From a virus: DNA of 64,000 bases. Numbering within the stretch: position 1 is the stretch's first letter; every line of letters starts with the position of its first letter. Where the stretch lies: the IMG/VR virus record IMGVR_UViG_3300025570_000007; one strand, written 5' to 3'. Shown here in pieces: positions 62,840 through 64,000 of the stretch. The notes under the pieces were generated by a model. That model was not told where the DNA came from, searched no databases, and was given only the letters and a program-made list of their open reading frames with translations. Position numbers and translations under genes: made by a program.

Positions 62840-63454
62840 TTATTTTAATTTATATTTGAACATTCCTTTATCGTCGTAATAATTTTTATCTAAATCTAAG
62901 TCACAAGGCACTTCTGCAAATTCTCGCATTGTTGGATTGTATGTACCTAAACTAACCCCTTCAACGATTAACTCGCATCCATCTTTAATTATAATGTTTG
63001 CTTGAGGTGAAACACTACCTTCTACGATTAATTGTGTATTGTGACCATTAATAGTAAAAGTACCAGTGCCTGTAATATTACCAGTTACAACCAAATGCAC
63101 ATTTACAGTACTATAATTTATGCCATCTTCTAAATGTAAATCACCTTCAATTTTAGCCCAAATACACGTGTATCTGTAATCTGCGGAATCTAAGCAACCA
63201 CTAGCTATTATGTGCCTTTTGTTGTCTTTTAAGTAATCCCAGATAAATGCGGTTTCCCTTGTGTCGTGTTCTCCTAATACTGTTAATGTTTCAGCCTTGC
63301 TATATAAGCTAAAGTCAGTAACTGCTGATTGTTGGGGGGAGTAAACCTTCTCAACTGCTTGCGTACATTTATCTTCACAAGATGTTAACAGTAACATAAT
63401 ACCAATACCTATTTTGAAATATTTAATTTCACTAAAATCTTTTATACTTTTCAT
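62840..63454 (-). CDS. Putative lipoprotein
   Basis: Basic N-region, hydrophobic core, lipobox LLLTS|C, beta-helix-like body. Confidence 0.65.
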   Translation of the reverse strand: MKSIKDFSEIKYFKIGIGIMLLLTSCEDKCTQAVEKVYSPQQSAVTDFSLYSKAETLTVLGEHDTRETAFIWDYLKDNKRHIIASGCLDSADYRYTCIWAKIEGDLHLEDGINYSTVNVHLVVTGNITGTGTFTINGHNTQLIVEGSVSPQANIIIKDGCELIVEGVSLGTYNPTMREFAEVPCDLDLDKNYYDDKGMFKYKLK

Positions 63455-63480
63455 ATTTTATAATTTAATGTTTATTATTT

Positions 63481-63532
63481 TAATAACAGTTGATATAAGT
63501 CATTAAAAACGCCTCATATCTTTGTGTTAGGC
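63481..63532 (-). mobile_element. attC-like recombination site (short)
   Basis: Coding strand GCCTAAC-ACAAA-GATATGAG...CTTATATC-AACT-GTTATTA; the upstream ORF stop lies inside TAAC. Confidence 0.6.
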
Positions 63533-63751
63533 AACATTTAAAACTAACTTATCGCCTTTTAAATCATAAGCCAAAAAACCATATTTTTTATTCGGTAGGT
63601 ATTCTATGTAATTCTCAATAGTGTCTTTATAATCAGATAAGTTGTCGCCAATATAATCAAGGTCGTGGGTGTCATAATATCCGTTTTCATAAGCATCTAT
63701 TGCGTCCTCTATACTTTTTAATTCTTCTAATATCTCTTCAGTCCATTTCAT
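63527..63751 (-). CDS. Acidic hypothetical protein in an attC-like cassette (true start MKWTEE at 63751)
   Basis: Bounded by complementary 10-mers GTTAGGCAAC and GTTGCCTAAC. Confidence 0.7.
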   Translation of the reverse strand: MKWTEEILEELKSIEDAIDAYENGYYDTHDLDYIGDNLSDYKDTIENYIEYLPNKKYGFLAYDLKGDKLVLNVA

Positions 63752-63762
63752 AATAAAACGTT

Positions 63763-63885
63763 GCCTAACAATGTGTATAAGCAATAGCTGTCAGGCTTTT
63801 TAACTATTGCAGTTGTTTAATATTTAATTTTGCTTCTCTTTGCTTGGTTCGTGTAGGCTACTGCTCATACACAAATACGTTAGCA
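63763..63885 (-). mobile_element. attC-like recombination site (long)
   Basis: Coding strand TGCTAAC..TGTGTATGAGCAGTAGC...GCTATTGCTTATACACA..GTTAGGC; 17-nt imperfect inverted arms. Confidence 0.65.
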
Positions 63886-63999
63886 AAAATAATTTACTAC
63901 TATCCACATCCAAATGAAGTGCATTACTTGGTCTACTACAAAATGACCCCAAGGTAAAGTGTTTTGCTTTAATTCAGTTTGAAACGAACCCATCGTTTT
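63880..63999 (-). CDS. C-terminus of a DUF3307-like membrane protein (runs off the window)
   Basis: ...LPWGHFVVDQVMHFIWMWIVVNYFC*, DQxxH motif; stop inside TGCTAAC. Confidence 0.55.
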   Translation of the reverse strand, partial: KTMGSFQTELKQNTLPWGHFVVDQVMHFIWMWIVVNYFC

Positions 64000-64000
64000 A

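Noticed and set aside
1-64000. Stop-codon recoding as in some Bacteroidota phages
   Set aside because: Core genes are full length under the standard code, and TAG/TGA end genes at sensible junctions

Overview
A 64-kb segment of a large, AT-rich, T4-like (myovirus-type) dsDNA phage genome, almost all of it coded on the minus strand. The host is probably Bacteroidota/Flavobacteriaceae: the promoters are TTG-N20-TAnnTT-type, leaders are A-rich without Shine-Dalgarno motifs, and some small genes look flavobacterial. Left to right: phoH (truncated by the window); a head/packaging module (gp23-like major capsid, scaffold, gp21-like protease, gp20-like portal, large terminase) interspersed with acidic putative internal head proteins; a nucleotidyltransferase/metallopeptidase/HAD operon; nuclease and primase; a glycosyltransferase and a sulfotransferase; tail fibres and baseplate (gp6-, gp25- and gp5-like); a gp55-like sigma factor and an HD hydrolase; then a long accessory region. 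Main points for follow-up: (1) about 9 kb (51.9-60.9 kb) built from 21 repeat-delimited cassettes, each with its own host-type promoter, several fused to a terminator hairpin; (2) integron attC-like sites delimiting gene cassettes at 63.5-64 kb; (3) a late-promoter-like motif that is the reverse complement of T4's TATAAATA; (4) an operon with two pol-beta-type and one HIGH-type nucleotidyltransferases; (5) a family of proteins with capsid-targeting-like N-termini; (6) a candidate structured ncRNA at about 61.0 kb. No tRNA, rRNA, CRISPR array or integrase was recognised. All functional calls come from motif recognition by eye, not from database searches.
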